A stretch of DNA of 64,000 nucleotides from an uncultured Candidatus Peribacteria bacterium (GCA_964352145.1 CAYGQA010000003.1:58236-122235), one strand, 5' to 3'. Shown: positions 19,256 through 27,394, counted from the first letter of the stretch. Numbers and translations are program-made. Notes: generated by a model from the sequence alone, not told the origin.

Positions 19256-19969
19256 TTAACCAAGGTTCACCGTACCATTCGCAATCAAGATCAATAGCCA
19301 ACTTAAAAAGATCAAGAGTACTCCGACGGCTAATCTCATCCATCCTTTATTACTATCTTTCCATTTATGGATCTTCTCTACCTGCATCCCACCTGCTACT
19401 AGGAGAAGTACGATGATAAGAGGAGAAACAAAGATAATATTATAAAGAACGAGGAGTAAGAACGCAGTAAAATCAAAATATTGTGAGAGCAAGGTAATGA
19501 TCGCCAAATACGGAGCTCCAGTACAAGGGAGCTCGACTGCGGAAACAAAGGCTCCTAAAAATATTACTCCAGGAGCAGAGATGTTTTGAGCGTATTCTTT
19601 GATACGTGCAGCATTCATCCCTGAGATAGAAAAAGAAAAGCCTTCTCCATACCAGAAGAAATCTTTAATCTCAAAAATAGCCACAATGATCAAGAGAGTC
19701 GCTACTATAAGCGATAAGCTCTCTGTGACGATAAGAGGAATAGAAGATAAGAAATACATCAAACCGAGCCCTGCAAGCAAGTACACTCCCATCACAGCCA
19801 TCACATATAAAAACCCAAGCCAAAGCAGTCGTTTGACGGACTTACCAGAGCTTAAGATCACAGAAATCATCAAAATCAAAACACCAATAGCACAAGGATT
19901 GATCGCATCAATCGCAGCTGTAGTGATGATCGTGATGATCGTCGGTAATGGGGCAACTATTTCAGTCAT
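19256..19969 (-). CDS. CcdA/DsbD-like thiol-disulfide electron-transfer membrane protein
   Basis: Six TM segments with the two conserved Pro-Cys motifs (AINPCAIGVL and ELPCTGAPYL). Confidence 0.75.
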   Translation of the reverse strand: MTEIVAPLPTIITIITTAAIDAINPCAIGVLILMISVILSSGKSVKRLLWLGFLYVMAVMGVYLLAGLGLMYFLSSIPLIVTESLSLIVATLLIIVAIFEIKDFFWYGEGFSFSISGMNAARIKEYAQNISAPGVIFLGAFVSAVELPCTGAPYLAIITLLSQYFDFTAFLLLVLYNIIFVSPLIIVLLLVAGGMQVEKIHKWKDSNKGWMRLAVGVLLIFLSWLLILIANGTVNLG

Positions 19970-20784
19970 AAAGGCATTTCAATGATGAGATTTTCTTTTT
20001 TTTCAGCGACTTTATATTGTTCACAAAGATGAGTAGTAGCATCCTTTTCTGGTCCAAACTCGAAAATAACACAATCTCCAGCAGGCACAGGGCTAAATGG
20101 AGAGATGACATAATCAACAAAATTTTCAAGTTTTTGCTGTTTTGCTACTCCTTCATCTGTTTTCCATAAGAAAACCTGAACCACCGCTTCTCTATCTGGT
20201 TCATCAGGACAGACTTCTCCATTATTCATTTCTTCTACGCCAAAATTCGTCGGTACAATCATCCTCTCTTCACTTAACTCTCCCCCCACAACCTGAAAGA
20301 AGTGACCTAAAGAGGCATCTTGCAAGTCTAGCATCGTCCCTTCGACATGCATTCTTTTATCACCATGCTCATGGATGACTGGTGTCCCTACACGATTGAG
20401 CAATCCTGTCGGATCAATCAAATCAAGCTCCTCATAACAGTTAAATATCTGAAAGTCGGCATGCCAGTGCACTGGTCCCCCAGTTTCAGAAGCAATATTC
20501 TTTAGGGTCGTCTGTGTCAAAAAAAGTCCTGTCACAAGCACAGAAATAAGCACCACCGGCCAAAAGAAGAGTTTCTTTAAAAGCTCATTCTCTGATCTCA
20601 AGACAGAAGCTATAAGCATGAAAAGGAGGATAATCGCAAAACCCCATAGAGCTATCGGAAAAGCGTTCAAATGAATAATTTGATCAGTAAAACTCATCGC
20701 TCCCTCATGAGCTACTACACCATCAGCAAAAGCATTAGGCATAGAAAACACCGACATGAGAAAGATACTTAACAAAATTCGCAT
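19966..20784 (-). CDS. exported/membrane-anchored His-rich protein, unknown function
   Basis: Signal peptide plus 2 TM segments, then VHWHADFQIF...VIHEHGDKRMHVEG histidine clusters. ATGA overlap with the downstream ccdA-like gene. Confidence 0.45.
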   Translation of the reverse strand: MRILLSIFLMSVFSMPNAFADGVVAHEGAMSFTDQIIHLNAFPIALWGFAIILLFMLIASVLRSENELLKKLFFWPVVLISVLVTGLFLTQTTLKNIASETGGPVHWHADFQIFNCYEELDLIDPTGLLNRVGTPVIHEHGDKRMHVEGTMLDLQDASLGHFFQVVGGELSEERMIVPTNFGVEEMNNGEVCPDEPDREAVVQVFLWKTDEGVAKQQKLENFVDYVISPFSPVPAGDCVIFEFGPEKDATTHLCEQYKVAEKKENLIIEMPL

Positions 20785-20963
20785 ACCTCTTTTTTAGAAG
20801 ATTTTTTCTTATCTGCCGCTATGGCATCGCCACAACAGTTTTTACAACAAAAACGCTTCTTATTCCGAAGGATAAATCCTCCATGCGATTTGACGTAAGA
20901 TTTTCCACACTTTTCACAAGTATATTTTTTTTCTTTTGAAAAAAATTTTTTGAAGATTCCCAT
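20769..20963 (-). CDS. small Cys-rich zinc-ribbon-like protein
   Basis: 64 aa with CEKC...CCKNCC...CEFC. Overlaps the downstream gene by 16 nt. Confidence 0.5.
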   Translation of the reverse strand: MGIFKKFFSKEKKYTCEKCGKSYVKSHGGFILRNKKRFCCKNCCGDAIAADKKKSSKKEVCEFC

Positions 20964-20988
20964 GAGTTTTATTTATATATTTCATATC

Positions 20989-20997
20989 ATTATAGCA
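20989..20997 (-). promoter_or_regulatory. extended -10 box TGCTATAAT
   Basis: The reverse complement of ATTATAGCA, 26 nt upstream of the ATG at 20963. Confidence 0.5.
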
Positions 20998-21011
20998 TAA
21001 AAAAAGAGAGA

Positions 21012-21251
21012 TTACACTCCCTTCTGGAGCATTTGAAGGATTTTCTCTGCTTTTTCAAAATGATCCAGTTGATGTTTTTTTATCCACCAAATGGCAACTT
21101 CCAGAAGCTCTTCAGGTTTATCATTTTTTTGAGAAAAAAACGCATAAAAAGAAAGGCCCACTTTGGGACCTTTCTTTAGGATTTTTTGATGACATACATT
21201 CATCATTCTATCCTTTAAATCTTTTTTCATAGAAGCATTACAATAATCCAT
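21012..21251 (-). CDS. hypothetical protein
   Basis: 79-aa ORF overlapping the upstream gene end by 14 nt. No motif recognised. Confidence 0.35.
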   Translation of the reverse strand: MDYCNASMKKDLKDRMMNVCHQKILKKGPKVGLSFYAFFSQKNDKPEELLEVAIWWIKKHQLDHFEKAEKILQMLQKGV

Positions 21252-22236
21252 ATTTCTTTAAAGCCTTCCATCCAAGTCGAAGCACTATCAAAAGAAGAGC
21301 TCCCCAGATCAATGCCAAAGGAAGATTTAACCCAAAGGCAATCAAAGTATCTACCGAGTCTGTGAGATTTTCTAAAGCAGCTCTGGCAGACTTCTTCACA
21401 TTCAACCAAGGCGTCCAATAGAAACCAAGTACTTCTACATTTCCTTCATCGATAAGGTTTAGAGTAATGGTCGAAAGAGCTACTTGCTCAGTCACGGTTT
21501 TAAGACTTCGCTCTGTCCATTCAATATCATTTCGAATACGATTAAGGTACTCAGTAGCCTGTAAAGTTTCTTCTATAGTCTCTGCCCTACTCAGGATATC
21601 TAAATACTGTTGCTCCTGTGCTCTTAAGTTCGTCAAACGAGCTTCCGTATCCACCACTTGTCCTGTCACATCATCGACACTCACACTTTCTGATTCCACT
21701 TTTAGAGCAAAACTTTTCAAGGTCTCAAAAGCTTGATCAAAAAGCTTAGCATCTACTCTTAAGCGCATCCAACCAGATTGCCCTTCTTCATCATAATTAT
21801 TCATATTCGCTTCTTCTACAAAACCATCCCAATTATCGACCTCCTTCTTAACATCATTTATGGCTTGATTCACATCAGCTACTATCAAAGAAAGTCTCCC
21901 ATTACGGATAAGTTCCCTTCTTTTCACATCTACAGCTGCAGGAGTCCCACTTGGATTAGGCGGCAAAATACTCAGCGCAGATTCTTCGTAAGCATATCCA
22001 TCATTCATGACACGATTCGCCGCAGAACCTCCAGCCTCACCCATAGACTTCATCTGTGGAGCACTTACACTGCTAGTATCATAACTGCTGAGAAATGAAG
22101 ACCCATTCATAAACGATGGGGCATTCTGACCAAACACTAATGCTATCACCACCAATATCAGAAAACCTAAAGAAATACTTTTCCAAGGCCATTTATTGAG
22201 TTTTTTCATAAGTAAAAAGAAAAGAATAACTTTCAT
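21238..22236 (-). CDS. DUF4349 domain protein
   Basis: N-terminal TM segment, R.L.+.G.LSL.V.D+..A...+ pattern, a coiled region with DVT.Q..D.EARL.NLRA.E.QYL.+L, and C-terminal TM helices. Confidence 0.65.
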   Translation of the reverse strand: MKVILFFLLMKKLNKWPWKSISLGFLILVVIALVFGQNAPSFMNGSSFLSSYDTSSVSAPQMKSMGEAGGSAANRVMNDGYAYEESALSILPPNPSGTPAAVDVKRRELIRNGRLSLIVADVNQAINDVKKEVDNWDGFVEEANMNNYDEEGQSGWMRLRVDAKLFDQAFETLKSFALKVESESVSVDDVTGQVVDTEARLTNLRAQEQQYLDILSRAETIEETLQATEYLNRIRNDIEWTERSLKTVTEQVALSTITLNLIDEGNVEVLGFYWTPWLNVKKSARAALENLTDSVDTLIAFGLNLPLALIWGALLLIVLRLGWKALKKYGLL

Positions 22237-22311
22237 ATCTTAAACCTCTTCTAAGAAGAACCCAATTGACACAAGGAAGTCTCGATTTGTGATAAAAGCT
22301 TGATTTACTAT

Positions 22312-22326
22312 CAATAATGATTATTA
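22312..22326. promoter_or_regulatory. Fur/PerR-type operator (7-1-7 inverted repeat)
   Basis: CAATAAT-G-ATTATTA: the core AATAAT-G-ATTATT is a perfect palindrome. It lies 20 nt upstream of the Fur-family ATG, in the divergent intergenic region. Confidence 0.6.
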
Positions 22327-22345
22327 TTAAGCATATCTCAAACTT

Positions 22346-22759
22346 ATGAATACAAAACTCCTCAAAGAACACCTCAATCACTTCGAAACAACTTGTCGTA
22401 CACACGGCTTGCGACTCACTCGTCAAAAATTAGGAATCTATGAAATTCTTCTAAAATCCGAAACTCATCCTAAAGCAGATGAAATCTTCTTTCTCTTAAA
22501 AAAAAACTACCCAAAAGTTTCCTTCGCAACAGTCTATGACAATCTAAGGAAATTCAAACAATATGGACTGATACAAGAGCTCAATACAGAAGAAGGAGCC
22601 TCACGCTACGAAGCCAACATGAGCCAACATCATCATGCCATCGATAGCAAGACTGGTGAAATTATGGATGTGCATCTTTCAGGTACTCAACAGATACCTA
22701 TCCCAGATGTACTCAAAAACAAAAACATCAAAGAAATAAAAGTCACTTATGTCCTTTAA
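22346..22759 (+). CDS. Fur-family transcriptional regulator (PerR-like context)
   Basis: Winged-helix segment GLRLTRQ+..I.E.L......H..A+EI...L......+S.ATVY..L and a HHH metal site. Dps lies directly downstream. Confidence 0.85.
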   Translation: MNTKLLKEHLNHFETTCRTHGLRLTRQKLGIYEILLKSETHPKADEIFFLLKKNYPKVSFATVYDNLRKFKQYGLIQELNTEEGASRYEANMSQHHHAIDSKTGEIMDVHLSGTQQIPIPDVLKNKNIKEIKVTYVL

Positions 22760-22768
22760 TCTTTCCCT

Positions 22769-23209
22769 ATGAACTCAAAAACCATCAAAAATCTCGAAGT
22801 ACTGCTAGCAAGCACCTACACTCTCTACCTCAAGACACAAAACTTTCATTGGAACGTCAAAGGACCATTTTTCCAAACATTACACCTCATGTTTGAACAA
22901 CAATACACTGTACTAGCTCTCGCAAATGATGAAATAGCAGAGCGTATCAGAAGCTTAGGAGCAAGTGCACCCGGGACCTATCGTGAGTTTTCAGAGCTCA
23001 GTATCATTTCAGAACCAACTGAAATACCGAAGGCAAAGCTAATGGTAGAAGAACTCCTCAAAGATCACAGTAGAATCATTCAATTTGCAAAAAATATGAT
23101 CGATCAAGCTGCAAAAGAAAAAGACGAAGGAACCCTTGATCTCCTATCAACTCGCATATCCGAACAAGAAAAGACTGCCTGGATGTTGAGCAGCTTTTTG
23201 GAAGAATAA
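22769..23209 (+). CDS. dps: DNA starvation/stationary-phase protection protein Dps
   Basis: LLASTYTLYLKTQNFHWNVKGPFF..LH..FE.QY with the ferroxidase ligand pattern. Confidence 0.9.
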   Translation: MNSKTIKNLEVLLASTYTLYLKTQNFHWNVKGPFFQTLHLMFEQQYTVLALANDEIAERIRSLGASAPGTYREFSELSIISEPTEIPKAKLMVEELLKDHSRIIQFAKNMIDQAAKEKDEGTLDLLSTRISEQEKTAWMLSSFLEE

Positions 23210-23225
23210 AGCATAAAAGCAGATA

Positions 23226-23234
23226 TGCTATAAT
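23226..23234 (+). promoter_or_regulatory. extended -10 box TGCTATAAT
   Basis: 27 nt upstream of the ATG at 23261. Confidence 0.5.
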
Positions 23235-23260
23235 GTGTTTATGATCCTTTTATACTCACT

Positions 23261-23758
23261 ATGGCAAAGAAAACTCCAAAAAAAGACTTAGAGATTCGTT
23301 TTATCCTCAGCAAGATTGTCGAAGTCATCGGCAGCTTACTTCTTGGGATAGTTCATCTGCTTGGAAGAATCTTCTTCTTCATACTAGAAGTCTTTAAATC
23401 TATTTGGCTTGGACTCAGTGTTTTCATTATCAGTATCGCCCTTCTTATCAGTAGTGTTGGATTAAGCATATGGCTCATCAGTAGCGCCATCGGACTAAGT
23501 GAAAGTAGCAGTTTCCAAGAGCAACGTGATCAACACTTCACAGAGCTCTTCAATCATTGGGAACAAGAACGAAGAGAACATCGTCAATATCGTGCTGCCA
23601 GAAAAGAGAATGTGAAAATAGCTGAAGTGACTGGAGTCAGCTGTAAAGAAAACATCGACTGTACAACACCCGATGACTTTCTCATCCGTTCTTCATGCGC
23701 CTACGAAAGTCGCTGTTATGAAGAGCAATGTGCTGTGGTTTGCCCACAAGCAAACTAA
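23261..23758 (+). CDS. membrane protein with Cys-rich C-terminal domain
   Basis: Three hydrophobic segments, then C..N.DC......C...SRCYEEQCAVVCP. Confidence 0.45.
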   Translation: MAKKTPKKDLEIRFILSKIVEVIGSLLLGIVHLLGRIFFFILEVFKSIWLGLSVFIISIALLISSVGLSIWLISSAIGLSESSSFQEQRDQHFTELFNHWEQERREHRQYRAARKENVKIAEVTGVSCKENIDCTTPDDFLIRSSCAYESRCYEEQCAVVCPQAN

Positions 23759-23786
23759 ATAAACCTTCTTGACCCTCACCTTAGGG

Positions 23787-23820
23787 AATAGAGCAGGATA
23801 AACCTGTGCTCTATTTCTTT
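23787..23820 (+). terminator. stem-loop terminator
   Basis: AATAGAGCAGG-ataaa-CCTGTGCTCTATT followed by TCTTTT (one bulge). Confidence 0.5.
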
Positions 23821-23830
23821 TAGAAAAACT

Positions 23831-24577
23831 ATGAAAACATACACGGTCAAACAACTCGCAGAGCTGGCAAGCGTCAGCATCAAGACTCTTCATCACTACG
23901 ATGAAAGAGGACTTCTCAAGCCAGCTCAACGATCTGACAAAGACTATCGTCTTTACACAGAAGCAGAGCTCTTCAGGCTCCAACAAATACTCCTCTATAA
24001 AGAACTCGAAATACCACTGATTGAGATACAGCAAATCCTCGACGATCCTTCATTCGAGCTCGAAGCAGCCCTTCAAGAACAGAAAAAGAAACTCACTAGC
24101 AAACAAGAACGCTACTCCAAACTCATCCAAACCATAGAAAAAACACTTCGGAGGATAAAAGATGATAAAGAGCTCGTTACTGATAAAGAACTCTATGCTG
24201 GATTTACTCCAGAGCAACAAGAACGATATCATCGAGAAGCAAAAGAACAATACGGAGAGGTCTACGACCTTTCTCAGAAAAACATCCGTAAGCTAAGTAA
24301 AGGCCAGTGGAAAACAATCAAAGAAGAAGGTGATAAAGTAGCTAATGAACTTTCATCTTTCATAGGAAAAGACCCAGCTTCTGAAAAGGTACAAGCACTC
24401 ATAAAAAGACATCATGCGTGGATAGAAAACTTCTACCCTTGTCCAGCTGAGAGATACATAGGTCTCTCTGATCTCTATCTAAACAATCCAGAATTCAAGA
24501 AATATTATGAAGACATTGCTCCAGGTTTGGCAGAGTTTTTAAGTGCTGGGATGAGAGTCTTTGCAGAAACACGCTAA
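23831..24577 (+). CDS. MerR-family regulator with TipAS-like C-terminal domain
   Basis: YTVKQLAELASVSIKTLHHYDE.GLL.P..R...DYRLY fits the MerR HTH. The C-terminal H..W....Y......Y..L..+Y..+PEF..+Y+ pattern fits TipAS. Confidence 0.85.
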   Translation: MKTYTVKQLAELASVSIKTLHHYDERGLLKPAQRSDKDYRLYTEAELFRLQQILLYKELEIPLIEIQQILDDPSFELEAALQEQKKKLTSKQERYSKLIQTIEKTLRRIKDDKELVTDKELYAGFTPEQQERYHREAKEQYGEVYDLSQKNIRKLSKGQWKTIKEEGDKVANELSSFIGKDPASEKVQALIKRHHAWIENFYPCPAERYIGLSDLYLNNPEFKKYYEDIAPGLAEFLSAGMRVFAETR

Positions 24578-24584
24578 AGTCAAA

Positions 24585-24625
24585 CATCAAGTCCCAAATA
24601 CGAAACACGAAACAAATATCAAAGG
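24585..24625 (-). repeat. family-A repeat, inverted 5' module only
   Basis: TCCCAAATACGAAACACGAAACAAATATCAAAGG is the reverse complement of the TTTGATATTTGTTTCG..ATTTGGGA module. Confidence 0.6.
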
Positions 24626-24648
24626 CTAAAACTCAAAGCAAAAACTCA

Positions 24649-24737
24649 TTTGGTATTTGATGCTTTGGATCTTGTTTCGCATTTCGATATTGGTTTCCGA
24701 TGTTTGAAGCATTGAATTTTGATTGAAAATGAGAACT
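24649..24737 (+). repeat. family-A repeat, forward copy A2 (3' module truncated by a family-B unit)
   Basis: TTTGGTATTTGATGCTTTGGATCTTGTTTCGCATTTCG...TTTTGATTGAAAATGAGAACT. Confidence 0.6.
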
Positions 24738-24776
24738 CACCCGCTTACGCTTTCCTCTCTTCTGCCGAGAGAGGGG
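24731..24776 (-). repeat. family-B GC-rich hairpin unit B1
   Basis: GAGAACTCACCCGCTTACGC + hairpin CCTCTCT-tctgccg-AGAGAGG. The reverse complement aligns with 46319..46365. Confidence 0.55.
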
Positions 24777-24800
24777 CTATGATGATCCAGCTTTTTGTAA

Positions 24801-24863
24801 GAATTTTGATAATTGATCAATGAAATTTGATTGAAAATTGGAAACTGGAAACTGAAAATTGAC
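24801..24863 (+). repeat. family-A repeat, extra 3' (A-tract) module
   Basis: AATTTGATTGAAAATTGGAAACTGGAAACTGAAAATTGAC. Confidence 0.6.
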
Positions 24864-24950
24864 TAAAGCCTTTCTATAAGCCAAAAAATAGTATATACTC
24901 CACTCTATTACATATAGACACAATTTTTACCTGCCTGATTTACCTAAGCA

Positions 24951-26735
24951 ATGCTCACCTTCCAAACCATCGGTCTCTCTGAAAACATCCTGAAAGCTCT
25001 CGATGAGATGGGATTTGAAGAACCAACACCTATCCAAGCTAAAGCCATCCCTCATCTCTTAGGATCTGATAAAGACCTTATTGCCCTTGCTCAGACTGGG
25101 ACTGGTAAAACTGCAGCATTTAGCCTCCCAGTGATCGAAAAGATCGATCTAGAGTCTCGAGATGTCCAAGCATTAATCCTTTCCCCTACTCGTGAGCTTT
25201 GTATGCAAACAGGGAAAAACATCGAAGCTTTTATCAAATACGAAAAAAGACTCAAAGTGATCACTGCTTATGGAGGAGCCCGTATTGACTCTCAAATGAG
25301 AGAACTCCGTAAAGGAGGGCAAATAGTAGTAGGGACTCCTGGACGTATCCTCGATCTCATTAATAGAAGAAAACTCGACGTTTCAAGCATTGATTTCGTT
25401 GTGCTGGATGAAGCTGATGAAATGCTCAATATGGGATTCAAGGAAGAGCTCGATGGTATCCTAGAAGGGACTCCAGCTGAAAAACAAACCCTGCTCTTTT
25501 CTGCAACTATGCCGAGCTCTGTGAAAAGGATTGCCAGTACTTACATGAAAAATCCTGATGAAGTCAGTGGAGGCAAACACAACACCGGAGCAGAAAAAGT
25601 CGACCATATCTATTACATGGTTCACTCAAGAGATCGATACCAAGTCCTCAGAAGACTGGCTGACGTTACTCCAGATATCTATGGGATCGTTTTCTGTCGT
25701 ACCCGTAGAGAAACTCAAGAAGTAGCAGACAAGCTCAAACAAGATCATTACTCTGCCGAAGCCATCCATGGTGACCTCTCTCAAGCACAAAGATCACACG
25801 TCATGGAAAAATTTAGAAAGAAAAAGATTCAACTCCTCGTAGCAACAGATGTAGCAGCTCGTGGGATAGATGTGAAAGACCTTACTCACGTGATCAATTA
25901 CCAACTCCCAGACAGTATAGATGCTTATATCCACAGAAGTGGACGTACTGGACGCGCGAAGAAAAGTGGAACATCGGTCTCCATCATCCACATGAAAGAA
26001 TCTGGAAGAATGAGAAACATAGAAAGAAAGGTGGGGAAAGAATTCATCAGAGCTCAAGTACCAAAAGGCTCTGACATCTGTAAAAGCCAACTCCTCACCC
26101 TCATCAACAAGGTCAAAGAAGTAAAAGTGGATAATGAACAAATCGGTCCCTACCTCCCAGCAATCATGGAACAACTAGAAGGAATCGATCGAGAAGAACT
26201 CATCAAACACTTTGTTTCAGCAGAATTCAACCGATTTTTAAACGATTATAAAAACGCTCCAGACCTAAATGTCTCTGGTAAAGACAATGGTCGAAGCAAC
26301 AGTAAAAGTCATATTGAATTTGCAAATGTCTCCCTCAATCTTGGAAAAAAAGATGGTTTTGGAGTCAAAGCCCTCTTCTTCCTCGTCAATCAACATAGCC
26401 AACTCCGAGGAATAGAGATTGGAAATATCGAAATCATGGCGACCAATACTCTCGTAGAAATAGAAAAGAAGAGACTCAAGGATTTGATGAATGCCTTCGA
26501 TGGAGAACAACATCAAGGAAGATATCTTTCAGTAGAAATGAGTACAAAAAAAGCCAAATCTTTTTCAGGAGGATCTAGAGGTGGATCAAGAGGAGCTTCT
26601 AGAGGCGGTTCTAGAGGTCGATCACGATCTGGAGGAGGAGATGGAGGATACCAAGGAAGAGCTGGCTCTGGAGCTGGAGGGTATAAAGGAAAAAAGAACT
26701 CTGGAGGATCTGAAAGAAGAAAAAAAAGATACTAA
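24951..26735 (+). CDS. deaD: DEAD-box RNA helicase, DeaD/CsdA-like, with RG-rich tail
   Basis: Q motif, AQTGTGKT, DEAD, SAT and HRSGRTGR, followed by a DbpA-like domain and a (GSRG)n C-terminus. Confidence 0.9.
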   Translation: MLTFQTIGLSENILKALDEMGFEEPTPIQAKAIPHLLGSDKDLIALAQTGTGKTAAFSLPVIEKIDLESRDVQALILSPTRELCMQTGKNIEAFIKYEKRLKVITAYGGARIDSQMRELRKGGQIVVGTPGRILDLINRRKLDVSSIDFVVLDEADEMLNMGFKEELDGILEGTPAEKQTLLFSATMPSSVKRIASTYMKNPDEVSGGKHNTGAEKVDHIYYMVHSRDRYQVLRRLADVTPDIYGIVFCRTRRETQEVADKLKQDHYSAEAIHGDLSQAQRSHVMEKFRKKKIQLLVATDVAARGIDVKDLTHVINYQLPDSIDAYIHRSGRTGRAKKSGTSVSIIHMKESGRMRNIERKVGKEFIRAQVPKGSDICKSQLLTLINKVKEVKVDNEQIGPYLPAIMEQLEGIDREELIKHFVSAEFNRFLNDYKNAPDLNVSGKDNGRSNSKSHIEFANVSLNLGKKDGFGVKALFFLVNQHSQLRGIEIGNIEIMATNTLVEIEKKRLKDLMNAFDGEQHQGRYLSVEMSTKKAKSFSGGSRGGSRGASRGGSRGRSRSGGGDGGYQGRAGSGAGGYKGKKNSGGSERRKKRY

Positions 26736-26743
26736 AGTATTCT

Positions 26744-26884
26744 TTAGAATTTTCTTAATTTTCCAAACCTCATAGCACTTTCTAACCACTGAAGCTTCGC
26801 TTTAGTACTGACTTTTTGCCAATATTTAAGTAAATCCTTATCTAAGGAAGATTTTAATGGTGATTTTTTGAGAATTTTTTTCAT
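26744..26884 (-). CDS. unannotated 46-codon ORF overlapping the upstream gene by ATGA
   Basis: Hand translation: MKKILKKSPLKSSLDKDLLKYWQKVSTKAKLQWLESAMRFGKLRKF*. The ATG overlaps the TGA of 26881..27369. It is below the ORF-track length cut-off. Confidence 0.35.
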   Translation of the reverse strand: MKKILKKSPLKSSLDKDLLKYWQKVSTKAKLQWLESAMRFGKLRKF

Positions 26885-27369
26885 AAACCCTTTATTTCTA
26901 AAAGTGCTTCAATATCAAACATATCTTGCCGCCTTTTCACTTTCTTCTTCATTTTAATCAAATCTTCAATAGAAACTACTGGAATAGTAACACCACTAAT
27001 TTGTTTTTTTACTTTTTTAAGGCTCATTTCATCATACTTCAAAGACTCTTCCATAACGATATCTATCTGTAGTGGGTTATCATAAGGAGGAGTAAAAGAA
27101 AAAGCATTCATATTTTTTTCTTTTATCCAAACCCGGACTTGTTTTTCATCCTTTAGCTCCATTATGGACACTGGCAGTCGTTCAGAATATCCAAGATCCT
27201 GCATCACTTTTGACATCTTTTCCAAATTTTTTTCTTCAAGCATCAAAAGCAAATCAAGATCACCTGTAAATCTCAGGTAACCATGTAGATTAACGGCTAC
27301 ACCACCTACTACCAAATATTTAACACGTGCTTTATTCAATGCTCTAAAAACTTTTTCGAATAAATTCAT
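26881..27369 (-). CDS. minimal nucleotidyltransferase-fold protein
   Basis: VVGGVAVNLHGYLRFTGDLDLLL fits the hG[GS]-x(9-13)-DhDh signature of minimal NTases. Confidence 0.6.
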   Translation of the reverse strand: MNLFEKVFRALNKARVKYLVVGGVAVNLHGYLRFTGDLDLLLMLEEKNLEKMSKVMQDLGYSERLPVSIMELKDEKQVRVWIKEKNMNAFSFTPPYDNPLQIDIVMEESLKYDEMSLKKVKKQISGVTIPVVSIEDLIKMKKKVKRRQDMFDIEALLEIKGL

Positions 27370-27394
27370 ATCTAAAGAAAGAAAAAGACACTTA

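Noticed and set aside
23768-23830. A MerR-type operator (TTGACC..CCCT-n6-AGGG) upstream of the MerR/TipAS gene.
   Set aside because: No acceptable -10 hexamer lies at the 19-20 nt spacing required for MerR promoters. The larger palindrome here is better explained as the terminator of the upstream gene.
26581-26775. ORFs in alternative frames or strands over the RG-rich helicase tails (26581-26775, 36036-36227).
   Set aside because: These are low-complexity repeat artefacts, nested entirely in well-supported helicase coding sequence.
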